Source: an uncultured virus (IMG/VR IMGVR_UViG_3300024270_002537)
Lineage: Duplodnaviria; Heunggongvirae; Uroviricota; Caudoviricetes
Virus record (IMG/VR): IMGVR_UViG_3300024270_002537
Reading direction: 5' to 3' (one strand)
DNA: 20,000 nt
Under the pieces are notes generated by a model that saw nothing but the letters and a program-made list of their open reading frames with translations, was not told the origin of the DNA and did not search any database. Positions within the stretch are counted from its first letter, which is position 1, and each line of letters opens with the position of its first letter. Below are positions 1 to 8,992 of the stretch, in pieces. Position numbers and translations under genes: made by a program.

Positions 1-1
1 G

Positions 2-1552
2 GCTACGGAACAGGGGCTTGCCTTTGGTGATATGTGGTCAAGTTCCGAGGCGGCAAAAGCAGGTCTTATCTTACTGGGAGACAGTGCAGAAACCTTTAAT
101 GGAACTTTGGCTGAAATGCAGAACAGTACCGGTGCAACGGATACCGCATTTGAGAAATTAAAGACCAATTCCTATACCATTCAGGTGGCAATCAATCAGC
201 TTAAGAATACGGCGATTGAGTTGGGGAATGCGATTATGTCGGTGCTGGCACCGCTTCTGATGTCTCTGGCAGAAACGATTTCCAAACTGACCGCATGGTT
301 TTCCGGACTGAGTGATGGAACAAAGCGGTTCATTGTCATCATAGGAATGATGGTTGCGGCGGTTGGTCCCGTACTGATTATTGTGGGCAAGATTATGAGT
401 GCAGTTGGTACGATCATGACGGTGGTACCGAAACTTGCCGGAGTGATCAATACAGTAAAGACAGCTTTTGCAGCACTCAACACAACCATGCTTGCCAATC
501 CGATATTCCTGATTATTGCATCCATTACCGCACTGGTAGCGGCTTTTATTTATCTGTGGAATACCAATGAGGATTTCAGGCAGTTTTGGATTGATTTGTG
601 GGAGAACATCAAAGAGGTTGCCATTGCGGTGTGGACTGCGATTAAAGAGTTTTTTGTCTCTGCATGGGAAGCAATCAGCAATGCCGCCCAGACCATTTGG
701 AACGGAATCAAGAATTTCTTCTCTGCAATCTGGGAGGGCATCAAAACCATATTTACCACAGTGCTGAATGTGATCAGTACGATAGTGACCACTTATTTCA
801 ATATCTATAAAACGATTGTGACAACCGTGTTCAATGCCATCAAAACCGTAATTACTACGGTTCTGAATGCAATAAAGACGGTCATCACAACGGTATGGAA
901 TACGATTAAGAATGTGTTTACTACGGTATTGAACACCATCAAGTCAGTGGTTTCCGGTGCATTCAATTCTATGTGGAATGGAATTAAAAATACAGTGTCG
1001 AAGATTGTCGAAAGCATCAAGACAGGATTTAACAATGCTGTCAGCTTCATCAAGAATCTGGCATCTTCCGCATTCCAGTGGGGAGCAGATATTATTCAGG
1101 GTATTGTGAATGGTATTAAGAGTTGCATTGGAAAGGTAAAAGATGCGGTAACGAATGTGGCGGAAACAATCCGTTCTTTCTTGCATTTCTCTGTTCCGGA
1201 TAAAGGACCACTTACAGATTATGAAAGTTGGATGCCTGACTTTATGAGTGGTCTGGCAAAGGGAATTGAACAGAGTAAAAATATGGTAGCAAAAGCTGTG
1301 GAGGGTGTTGCATCAGACATGGTTATCAGCCCACAGATGGCGGTAGCCGGATATGGCGCAGATATGAACATGAAAGCGACATCAGCAACAGAAAGCATTA
1401 GTGGAATCACATCTGCCATTACTGAGGCACTTAGCCAGATGAATGGACAGAATGGAGACATTGTAATTCCAATCTATCTGGGCGGAACCATGCTTGATGA
1501 AGTAATTGTGGATGCCCAGCAGAGAATGAATTTAAGAAGTGGAGGAAGATAA
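2..1552 (+). CDS. Phage tail tape measure protein, 3' part (5'-truncated by window)
   Basis: Frame is open from base 2. Ala/Ile/Thr-rich helical protein with a hydrophobic central region (…LANPIFLIIASITALVAAFIYLWNTNEDFR…) and ~11-residue W/F-spaced repeats. C-terminus 'FLHFSVPDKGPL…WMPD…IVIPIYLGG' is typical of Firmicutes siphophage TMPs. Lies upstream of tail and lysis genes. Confidence 0.92.
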   Translation, partial: ATEQGLAFGDMWSSSEAAKAGLILLGDSAETFNGTLAEMQNSTGATDTAFEKLKTNSYTIQVAINQLKNTAIELGNAIMSVLAPLLMSLAETISKLTAWFSGLSDGTKRFIVIIGMMVAAVGPVLIIVGKIMSAVGTIMTVVPKLAGVINTVKTAFAALNTTMLANPIFLIIASITALVAAFIYLWNTNEDFRQFWIDLWENIKEVAIAVWTAIKEFFVSAWEAISNAAQTIWNGIKNFFSAIWEGIKTIFTTVLNVISTIVTTYFNIYKTIVTTVFNAIKTVITTVLNAIKTVITTVWNTIKNVFTTVLNTIKSVVSGAFNSMWNGIKNTVSKIVESIKTGFNNAVSFIKNLASSAFQWGADIIQGIVNGIKSCIGKVKDAVTNVAETIRSFLHFSVPDKGPLTDYESWMPDFMSGLAKGIEQSKNMVAKAVEGVASDMVISPQMAVAGYGADMNMKATSATESISGITSAITEALSQMNGQNGDIVIPIYLGGTMLDEVIVDAQQRMNLRSGGR

Positions 1553-1553
1553 G

Positions 1554-1916
1554 ATGGCATTTTTTGAATACTTGAAATTTGACGGAACTGTCCTTCCTCT
1601 GCCGGATTCTTATGATGTGTCTTTGTCGGCGGTGGAAGCAGACAGCAGTGGGGAGACAGAAGCGGGAACCACACAGAGGGATGTTGTCCGTCAGGGTGTG
1701 GTGAACATTTCTGTCTCTTTTTCTGTGACAGCCAAATGGCTGAAAGCACTGACTGCCTATTCCAAACAGGATAAGTTGTCGGTGGACTATTTTGATACAG
1801 AGACAGCAGACATGAAGAATACAGAGATGTATGTTGAGGGATTTAAGGCAAAATTGGAAAAGGATACATCCTACAGGGGATTGTGGACGGTATCCTTTAC
1901 CTTGAAAGAATTATAG
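1554..1916 (+). CDS. Phage tail protein, probable distal-tail (Dit-like) small protein, 120 aa
   Basis: RBS GGAGG at 1541-1545 favours ATG 1554 over the ORF-track start at 1539. Position directly after the TMP and 'ETEAGTTQRDVVR' fit small tail proteins. The Dit assignment is positional inference. Confidence 0.7.
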   Translation: MAFFEYLKFDGTVLPLPDSYDVSLSAVEADSSGETEAGTTQRDVVRQGVVNISVSFSVTAKWLKALTAYSKQDKLSVDYFDTETADMKNTEMYVEGFKAKLEKDTSYRGLWTVSFTLKEL

Positions 1917-1931
1917 GAAGGCGGTGTTTGA

Positions 1932-3830
1932 ATGTACCCAGTAAGTGAAGCGTTCCTGTCAGCGGTACAGGAGAACACAAGGAGATATTACTGGACGGGA
2001 AAGATTACCACGAAAGCTGGCGTGGTACATGAGTTTTCCGAAAAAGAGATTGTAAAAGGAAGCGGATATATTTCTGCTCAGTGCTGTGGCAGTACGGAAA
2101 TGGAACTTGGTACGGTGTATGCATCGGAAATGGGGATTACCTTATTTTTGGATGTGGACAGGTACACATTGGAAGATGCATTGGTGGAATTGTTCTATCA
2201 TTTGGAATTGAATGATGGCACATGGGAAGAAGTACCGATGGGGATTTTTGAAATCAGTGAAGCAAACCGGAAAATCAAGTGTCTGGAGATAAAGGCGTAT
2301 GATTACATGCTCCGATTTGATGAGACATTCAATGGTTTTGAGACGGTTGGCAACGCTTATGATTTTATGGAACTTTGCAGTAAAGCGTGTCATGTGGAAC
2401 TTGCCCAGACAAGGGAAGAAATAGAAGCAATGCCGAATGGAGCAGAGGTGCTTTCTGTTTATACGGAAAACGACATTGAAACTTACCGTGACATGCTCTA
2501 TTACATTGGACAGGTGCTTGGTGGATTTTTCTGTATCAACAGATTTGGGAAACTGGAACTACGAAAGTACGGTGCGGAGCCGGTCATGGAGATTGGCAGC
2601 AGACACAGATTCACTTCCAGTTTTTCTGATTTCATTACCAGATATACAGCGGTAAGTTCCACGAATTTAAAAACGGAGATGGCAGAGTATTATGCACTGG
2701 AGCCGGATGATGGTCTTACCATGAATCTGGGGACAAATCCTCTGTTACAGTTTGGTGTGGATGAGACCAGAAAGGAACTTTGCACCAATATCCTGAATGA
2801 CCTTGCAGTTATCAATTATGTGCCATTTGATTCAGAAACCATTGGCAATCCGGCATTAGACCTTGGGGATGTACTGAAATTTTCAGGAGGTCATGCAGAC
2901 GGGGCAGAGTTATCTGCGGTGATGTCCATGCAGATAAAGATTGGTGGGAAACAGACACTAAAAGGTGTCGGCAAAAATCCGAGACTGGCAAGGGCAAAGA
3001 GTAAGAATGACAAGAATATTTCCGGACTTCTGAATCAGATTGAAGAAAACAAGACAGCGGGGAAGATTGGCATCCATACTTTTACCAATGCCAGTGCTTT
3101 TTCCATTTTGGATACAGATACAAAGATTATTTCCATTGAATTTGCCACCAGTGAGGAAGTCATGGCACAGTTCTTTGGGTCGGTAATTGTGGATGTGAAA
3201 GCAGATCCTGTGGAAAAAAGCGTGACAGCAAAGACCAGTCTGGTGATACCGGCTGTGGATGTAACAGCAGTTGTTACACAGACCGAGGGCGAAGAAACAG
3301 AAGAGGGTACAACGGAAGAAGGTACAGAGCCAGATGTGATTGGAAACACGAAAGAGCAGACAATAGAATTGGAAGTGCCTGTGGCATGGAATGAGGATGG
3401 TATGGCAGTTGCCCATTTTATATTTGAGTTCAATGATGTGGTTATTGACATCCATCAGCCGAAAGAAACCTGGCATTCCGGCAGACACACCATCATGTTA
3501 TATTATCCCATTGACCATGTGATTGCCAATTACAGGAATATTTTTAATGTTTACATGAGGATGGAAGGCGGCACCGGGAACGTGGAGACAGGAAATTGTC
3601 TGGCAGCCATTACCGGACAGTCTATGGGAGCCGGAGAAGCATGGGATGGAGAAATCAGGATTGAAGAAAAGATTACTGCATTTTCTGTGGGAACGGTTAC
3701 AAAGGCAGTTGGTCTTAGCGATAGTGTCAGCTTCAAGATTGATGAAACTATGAGAAGGGCATACGCAGATGTGCTTACGGAAAGAATTAAAATCGGTGCT
3801 TTTGCAATGCCGATAGAAACGGAGGGCTAA
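1932..3830 (+). CDS. Phage tail/baseplate hub (Tal-like) structural protein, 632 aa
   Basis: Starts 'MYPVSEAFLSAV', contains 'LEIKAYDYMLRFD' and 'GNPALDLGDVL', patterns of Firmicutes minor tail proteins. Second gene after the TMP; RBS AGGCGGTG. Confidence 0.75.
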   Translation: MYPVSEAFLSAVQENTRRYYWTGKITTKAGVVHEFSEKEIVKGSGYISAQCCGSTEMELGTVYASEMGITLFLDVDRYTLEDALVELFYHLELNDGTWEEVPMGIFEISEANRKIKCLEIKAYDYMLRFDETFNGFETVGNAYDFMELCSKACHVELAQTREEIEAMPNGAEVLSVYTENDIETYRDMLYYIGQVLGGFFCINRFGKLELRKYGAEPVMEIGSRHRFTSSFSDFITRYTAVSSTNLKTEMAEYYALEPDDGLTMNLGTNPLLQFGVDETRKELCTNILNDLAVINYVPFDSETIGNPALDLGDVLKFSGGHADGAELSAVMSMQIKIGGKQTLKGVGKNPRLARAKSKNDKNISGLLNQIEENKTAGKIGIHTFTNASAFSILDTDTKIISIEFATSEEVMAQFFGSVIVDVKADPVEKSVTAKTSLVIPAVDVTAVVTQTEGEETEEGTTEEGTEPDVIGNTKEQTIELEVPVAWNEDGMAVAHFIFEFNDVVIDIHQPKETWHSGRHTIMLYYPIDHVIANYRNIFNVYMRMEGGTGNVETGNCLAAITGQSMGAGEAWDGEIRIEEKITAFSVGTVTKAVGLSDSVSFKIDETMRRAYADVLTERIKIGAFAMPIETEG

Positions 3831-5228
3831 ATGAAGTTAAAAGGAACTATGGTATTGGAACTGACCGATACGAATACAGGAGAAGTGGAGCGTGTGGAAG
3901 AAACCAACATGCTTACCAATGCGGTAAACCATATTTTGGGGTTAAACCCGATGGGGATTTTTTATGCCGCCAGTGGTGAATATGATGAACATGTGCTGTG
4001 GAATGATGTACTTCTGCCGATCTGTCCGAACATGATCGGCGGCATTCTTCTTTATTCCGAAAGACTGGAGGAAGATGTGGAAAATATTTATCCGTCCACA
4101 GCAAAGCTGCCGGTGGCATATGCCAGTAATGATGTCAATGCGACTGCCAGTGTGGCAAGGGGCAGCATGAACCTGACGGAGAGTAAGGTGCTGGATAACG
4201 GGTATCGTTTTGTCTGGGAGTTTACACCGAGTCAGGGAAATGGAACGATTGTAGCGGTGGCACTGACTTCTGCCCTGGGTGGAAAGAATGTCTATGGAGA
4301 TCTGGAAGGCTCGGCAGATGCATTTCTTGTGCTTAAGAGGGTAACACTGGATGCTATGGAAAAAGAAGAAATGGCAAGTATCTACAGTGCCGTGGAGGTG
4401 GATTTTGAAAATAATGTAATGTACAGTATCCGTTTTCAGGATGCATCCGTCATTGTCCGTAAGAAAAAACTTCCGGTGTTTACGTTGGGCATCAATGACA
4501 GGCTGAATGACATGACCTGTACGCTGATTGAAGAAAAGGTTATTACTTGTAAGACCTTTGCTTTTCTTGGAACTTATACTCCATACGGAAATTTCTTTGA
4601 TGGTCATGACGGATACTGGTATGGATTTGCCAATCAGGGTAATTCTTCCGGTGATGCTACCATGTACTGGATTAAGATTAAAAAAGATGATTATTCCATT
4701 ACGGAAAGTGTATGGACATTATCCAATGCACACTTACAGGCTGTGGGAAGTTTTAAGGTGGATACTTATGTGGAAAGGACAAACAGGGGTGTCATCCGAA
4801 ATGGTTATCTGTATGTTCCGGCTTATGAACTTACCGGAATTTATAAGATCAATCTGAATAATTCAGCGGATGTGACTTTTATTGATTTTGGTTTTACATC
4901 AGCCGGGACAGCGTTGTCCGGTTCCAGTACCGCTGCAACATATATTGTATTGGTAAATGACCTGATTATCGGTTGGGATTATCAGATTAAGCCGGATGAT
5001 ACAGTGATACAGACAGCCGGAAGTAAGAGATTTCTTTATGCTGGAACGCCGTTGTTCCAGTATAAGGAATTTGTGACTACATGGGGCGGAAACTATGGTT
5101 CAGACTACCACAGTACATTTCTGGTGACTCCATATCTGGCAAGTATCAATAATCTGGATTCGGCGGTCATCAAAAATACGGATAAGACAATGAAGATTAC
5201 CTATGAATTGACAGAGGTAACAGAATAA
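3831..5228 (+). CDS. Phage tail-associated protein, putative receptor-binding/baseplate protein, 465 aa
   Basis: Abuts the previous stop (TAA ATG) with RBS GGAGG. Beta-rich, aromatic-rich sequence; C-terminus 'KNTDKTMKITYEL'. Last gene before the holin. Function is inferred from position. Confidence 0.6.
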   Translation: MKLKGTMVLELTDTNTGEVERVEETNMLTNAVNHILGLNPMGIFYAASGEYDEHVLWNDVLLPICPNMIGGILLYSERLEEDVENIYPSTAKLPVAYASNDVNATASVARGSMNLTESKVLDNGYRFVWEFTPSQGNGTIVAVALTSALGGKNVYGDLEGSADAFLVLKRVTLDAMEKEEMASIYSAVEVDFENNVMYSIRFQDASVIVRKKKLPVFTLGINDRLNDMTCTLIEEKVITCKTFAFLGTYTPYGNFFDGHDGYWYGFANQGNSSGDATMYWIKIKKDDYSITESVWTLSNAHLQAVGSFKVDTYVERTNRGVIRNGYLYVPAYELTGIYKINLNNSADVTFIDFGFTSAGTALSGSSTAATYIVLVNDLIIGWDYQIKPDDTVIQTAGSKRFLYAGTPLFQYKEFVTTWGGNYGSDYHSTFLVTPYLASINNLDSAVIKNTDKTMKITYELTEVTE

Positions 5229-5237
5229 TTTAATCAC

Positions 5238-5271
5238 AGGGAGCTTTGGTAATGGTGCTAAAGCTCCTTTT
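5238..5271 (+). terminator. Probable intrinsic terminator/attenuator between tail and lysis modules
   Basis: GGAGCTTTGGTA-atgg-TGCTAAAGCTCC stem (with G-U pairs) followed by TTTT. Confidence 0.55.
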
Positions 5272-5305
5272 CATATGCACAAAAAAGAAAGCGAGGTAAA
5301 AGGAT

Positions 5306-5734
5306 ATGAAAGAATTTTGGAATGTGATTCAGATGGTGTTCACTGCGGTGGGCGGATGGCTCGGCTATTTTCTGGGCGGTTATGATGGTCTGTTGTATGC
5401 ACTGGTTGTGTTTATGGTGGCGGACTATATCACAGGTGTCATGTGTGCAGTTTCCGATAAGAAGCTGTCCAGTGCTGTGGGATTCAAGGGTATCTGCAGG
5501 AAGGTACTGATTTTGATGTTAGTAGGCATTGCAAATCTTCTGGATGTGGAGGTCATTGGAACAGGTGCAGTATTAAGGACTGCGGTTATTTTCTTCTATC
5601 TGTCCAATGAAGGTGTGTCCTTACTGGAAAATGCGGCACATCTTGGCTTGCCGATTCCGGAGAAGTTAAAGGCAATCCTGGCACAGCTCCATGACAGAGC
5701 AGAAGGGGATGGTGATGATAATGAAATTGGTTAA
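5306..5734 (+). CDS. Phage holin (toxin secretion/phage lysis holin, Phage_holin_4-type)
   Basis: Motifs 'DYITGV…KLSSAVGFKGI…K' and 'NEGVSLLENAAHLGLPIP', several hydrophobic segments, RBS GAGGT, overlaps the endolysin start. Confidence 0.93.
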   Translation: MKEFWNVIQMVFTAVGGWLGYFLGGYDGLLYALVVFMVADYITGVMCAVSDKKLSSAVGFKGICRKVLILMLVGIANLLDVEVIGTGAVLRTAVIFFYLSNEGVSLLENAAHLGLPIPEKLKAILAQLHDRAEGDGDDNEIG

Positions 5735-7223
5735 GAGTTTGCTGACAAGTAATCCGTGCTATAAAGCCGGAAAGAAGATTACAGTAAAGGGGCTTATGCT
5801 CCACAGCGTAGGGTGTCCTCAGCCGAGGGCATCCGTTTTTATTAACAGTTGGAATAGGGCAGATTATGACAATGCTTGTGTTCATGCATTCATTGATGGC
5901 AATGATGGAATTGTGTATCAGACCCTACCGTGGAATCACAGGGGTTGGCATGGTGGTGGTGCGTGCAACAATACCCATATCGGCGTGGAAATGTGCGAAC
6001 CGGCTTGTATCAAATATACCAACGGTTCAACATTTACCTGTTCCGACAAGGAGACTGCAAGGGCGGTTGCAAAGAGGACTTATGAAGCGGCTGTGGAACT
6101 GTTTGCCATGCTTTGTAAGGAGTATGACCTCAATCCTCTGGCAGATGGTGTTATCATCAGCCATGCAGAAGGCCATAAACGTGGGATTGCAAGTAATCAT
6201 GGAGACCCAGAACATCTGTGGAGACAGCTTGGTATGGGATATACTATGGATGGATTCCGTAAGGATGTAAAAACTACCATGAAAGAAAAAGTGTTAGGAA
6301 CACAGGCAACAGTATTTGCAAATCTTTCTGAAAAAGAAGTGATTGCAAAGGTAGGGGCACTGTTTACCGCTGATCAGAAGAAAAGCGGTATTTTGGCATC
6401 TGTTTCTCTTGCTCAGTTCATCTTGGAAAGCGGATACGGCAAAAGTGAACTTGCCCAGAGTGCCAATAACTGTTTTGGCATGAAAAAATCTTTGTCCGGC
6501 AATACATGGAGTGGTTCAGTGTGGGATGGAAAGTCTGTGTACACAAAGCAGACGAAAGAGCAGAATCCGGATGGTTCTTATGAAACTATCACAGCAGATT
6601 TCCGTAAATATGCATGCGTGGAGGATTCCATTGCAGACCACAGTGCTTATTTGCTTGGTGCCATGAATGGCAGTAAAAAGAGGTATGAGGGCATTGCCGG
6701 AATGACGGATTATAAGAAGGTTGTGCAGCTTATCAAGGATGGAGGGTATGCAACAAGCCTTACTTATGTGGAGAAACTGTGTTCCATTATCGAGAAGTGG
6801 AATCTGACACAGTATGATGTGAAAGAGACTGCTGCAGAACCGGAAAAGTGGTACAGAGTCCGTAAAACATGGGCAGATGCAAAGAGCCAGAAGGGTGCCT
6901 ATAAAGTGCTGAAGAATGCGAAAGCATGTGCAGATAAGAATGATGGATATTCTGTTTATGACTGGAATGGCAATGTGGTGTATGCACCATCAAAAACATC
7001 CGAGCCGGAGCAGAAAAAGGTTTCTTACCGTGTGCGTGTCAGCATCAAGAATCTGAATATCAGAAAAGGTCCTGGTACTCATTTTGCAAAGACGGGAGCA
7101 TATACTGGAGTGGGTGTGTTTACTATTGTTGCAGAGAGTGTAGGGCTTGGTTCTGAAAAAGGATGGGGCAAGCTGAAAAGTGGTGCTGGATGGATTAGTT
7201 TGGACTATGCGAAGAGAATTTAA
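5721..7223 (+). CDS. Endolysin: N-acetylmuramoyl-L-alanine amidase (Amidase_2) + GH73 glucosaminidase + cell-wall-binding repeat + SH3b-like domain
   Basis: Amidase motifs 'LMLHS', 'VHAFID', 'WH.G', 'GVEMCE', 'ISH…NHGDP'. GH73 motifs 'AQFILESGYG', 'NNCFGMK', 'FRKY', 'GYATS'. C-terminal 'WYRVRKTWADAKSQKGAY' and 'LNIRKGPGT…WGKLKSGAGWISLDY'. ATG 5721 (after GGTG) is preferred to the ORF-track start at 5691. Confidence 0.92.
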   Translation: MKLVKSLLTSNPCYKAGKKITVKGLMLHSVGCPQPRASVFINSWNRADYDNACVHAFIDGNDGIVYQTLPWNHRGWHGGGACNNTHIGVEMCEPACIKYTNGSTFTCSDKETARAVAKRTYEAAVELFAMLCKEYDLNPLADGVIISHAEGHKRGIASNHGDPEHLWRQLGMGYTMDGFRKDVKTTMKEKVLGTQATVFANLSEKEVIAKVGALFTADQKKSGILASVSLAQFILESGYGKSELAQSANNCFGMKKSLSGNTWSGSVWDGKSVYTKQTKEQNPDGSYETITADFRKYACVEDSIADHSAYLLGAMNGSKKRYEGIAGMTDYKKVVQLIKDGGYATSLTYVEKLCSIIEKWNLTQYDVKETAAEPEKWYRVRKTWADAKSQKGAYKVLKNAKACADKNDGYSVYDWNGNVVYAPSKTSEPEQKKVSYRVRVSIKNLNIRKGPGTHFAKTGAYTGVGVFTIVAESVGLGSEKGWGKLKSGAGWISLDYAKRI

Positions 7224-7236
7224 GATGTTGTGGATT

Positions 7237-7276
7237 GACCTGTGGGTGCTGTTATGGTGCTCATAGGTCTTTTTTT
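7237..7276 (+). terminator. Intrinsic terminator ending the lysis module
   Basis: GACCTGTGGGTGC-tgttatg-GTGCTCATAGGTC imperfect stem (G-U pairs) followed by 7 T. Confidence 0.8.
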
Positions 7277-7342
7277 ATTTCCAAAGGGCAAAATTTGCCC
7301 ATTGGATTGCCCTTTGAAATTCCAGAGGGTTAATTTGATACT

Positions 7343-7370
7343 TTGAAAAAATGTGGAAGAGTATTATAAT
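7343..7370 (+). promoter_or_regulatory. SigA-type promoter for the nuclease cassette
   Basis: TTGAAA (7343-7348), 16-bp spacer, TATAAT (7365-7370). Implies the true start is ATG 7386 or 7407, not GTG 7353. Confidence 0.6.
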
Positions 7371-7406
7371 AAAGAAGAATACTATATGGAAGAATGTGAG
7401 ATAGAT

Positions 7407-8363
7407 ATGAAAGTTGATATTTTAGACATACATAAGGCGTGTTTGGATTTGTTGTTGGAATGCCAGTTAAAAGATGATAATTTCTATTTTGTGCCTCGCA
7501 AGATCAATAATAAGAATAGGTTAGAACAAGGAATGTACTTCCGGGGAAATGAGAATTATTTAGTTCTTTCATTTTGGGATAGTGCGGACACAAAGGAATT
7601 TATCTATAACATTAACTGGAGTTGTGATACTGATGGAGTATCTTCTATTGAATTGTCTTGCAGAGATAATGATGACGCACTTCCATATGTGATTGCAATA
7701 AAGGAGTTAATAGAATTATCTGGGAAAAAATTCAAGGAAACAAAGAAAAATAGATGGAGATATTTTTACCCAGAAAAAGAACATTACCTTGATACTCTTC
7801 AAGATTTTATTGCTCATGAGAAAGCTATAATTGATGACTATTTGAAAAAGCACCCAGAAAGTGGTATTCCTCTTGCAAGTAGTGATACTAATGATAAATA
7901 TGTAAAAACGCTTCCGTGTTATACGCAGTACATGGATAGTGTCAAAAAAGCTAAGAAGACAGGCAGTGTTAAAGTTAAAGCATCGGAGTATATAATGTCA
8001 TTGCAGCACAACGAACTGTCAAATGCAATGGTAGAATATCTTCAAAAGAATGGATATAAGAATGTCAAGGCTGAAGAAAATTTTGTTGATATCAAGTGTA
8101 TCGATCCTGCAGGAAAAATGATATTTTTTGAGTTGAAGACTGCCCAGACAGTAAAGTCTGCCATCAGAGAAGCCCTTGGTCAGTTGTTGGAATATAATCA
8201 TTACCCTAATACAAAGAAAGCAGATAAACTGATAATAGTAACAAAGCATGAACCGGAGAAATCTGATGTTCAGTATTTGCTGGGACTTAGGATGGTGTAC
8301 AATATTCCTGTCTATTATCAGTATTTTGACATGGGTAAAAAAGAATTATCGAAAGAGTATTAG
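7407..8363 (+). CDS. Protein with C-terminal PD-(D/E)XK-like (restriction endonuclease-fold) nuclease domain and uncharacterised N-terminal domain
   Basis: C-terminal 'HNELSNAM…EENFVDI…FFELKT…IREALGQLLEY' gives D…E-x-K plus the following helix typical of REase-fold nucleases. AT-richer than the phage genes. Start uncertain (7386 or 7407). Confidence 0.7.
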   Translation: MKVDILDIHKACLDLLLECQLKDDNFYFVPRKINNKNRLEQGMYFRGNENYLVLSFWDSADTKEFIYNINWSCDTDGVSSIELSCRDNDDALPYVIAIKELIELSGKKFKETKKNRWRYFYPEKEHYLDTLQDFIAHEKAIIDDYLKKHPESGIPLASSDTNDKYVKTLPCYTQYMDSVKKAKKTGSVKVKASEYIMSLQHNELSNAMVEYLQKNGYKNVKAEENFVDIKCIDPAGKMIFFELKTAQTVKSAIREALGQLLEYNHYPNTKKADKLIIVTKHEPEKSDVQYLLGLRMVYNIPVYYQYFDMGKKELSKEY

Positions 8364-8388
8364 TAAATAATGAAAAGGTGGAAAACTT

Positions 8389-8847
8389 ATGAACGAATTT
8401 CATAAATCATCATCTCATATACAGATTCAGGCCGAAGAATTGATATTTGGAGAGGTTGAAAAGCTTCTTGATATAAAACTGGATAAGAACCCAAAAATCT
8501 ATTTGGCGGATAATGCATTTACTTATATTCAACCAGATTTTTATTCCGAAAAGGAAAATGTTATAGGAGAAATCTTCGCACATATAGGAAAGCCTAAAAA
8601 AGCTCAAGATAACAAGATTGCTAATGATGTTCTAAAAATGCTCTTGTTAGAAAAAATAACAGGAAAGAACTTTAGGAAAATCATTGCAGTATGTGATGTT
8701 TCCGAAAAGAAAAAGCTACAAGGTCAATCTGTTCTGGCCGAAAGCATTCGTCGGTTTGATATTGAAATCATACACATTGAGATTGACGACGACCTGAGAA
8801 AACAAATTGTAGAAGCCCAAGAACTACAAAAAATGATAAATGCATAA
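8389..8847 (+). CDS. Small protein with divergent PD-(D/E)XK-like motif, 152 aa
   Basis: 'QAEELI…IQPDFYS…IGEIFAHIGKPKKAQDNKIANDVLKM': P-D…E present, canonical K replaced or displaced. RBS AAGGTGG, 25 bp after the previous gene. Confidence 0.5.
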   Translation: MNEFHKSSSHIQIQAEELIFGEVEKLLDIKLDKNPKIYLADNAFTYIQPDFYSEKENVIGEIFAHIGKPKKAQDNKIANDVLKMLLLEKITGKNFRKIIAVCDVSEKKKLQGQSVLAESIRRFDIEIIHIEIDDDLRKQIVEAQELQKMINA

Positions 8848-8876
8848 TTCAGAATATAATGAAGAATATTAGCGTG

Positions 8877-8913
8877 AACCGATTGGTGTAATAGCCAGTC
8901 GGTTTATTTTTTT
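8877..8913 (+). terminator. Intrinsic terminator closing the nuclease cassette
   Basis: AACCGATTGG-(8 nt)-CCAGTCGGTT followed by TATTTTTTT. Confidence 0.8.
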
Positions 8914-8992
8914 ATATGAGGTTAAAATCCACATCATTTTCTTTGCCTGTGACATAGGAGGGAATCCCTCACTATGTTTTGGGAGGTGCGGT

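Noticed and set aside
3831..5228. Possible diversity-generating retroelement target in the last tail gene
   Set aside because: No reverse transcriptase and no template/variable repeat pair differing at adenines was seen in the window.
7353..7406. N-terminal extension MEEYYNKEEYYMEECEID of the nuclease gene, with an apparent EEYY repeat
   Set aside because: The first part overlaps the predicted -10 box and has no RBS; it is probably untranslated.
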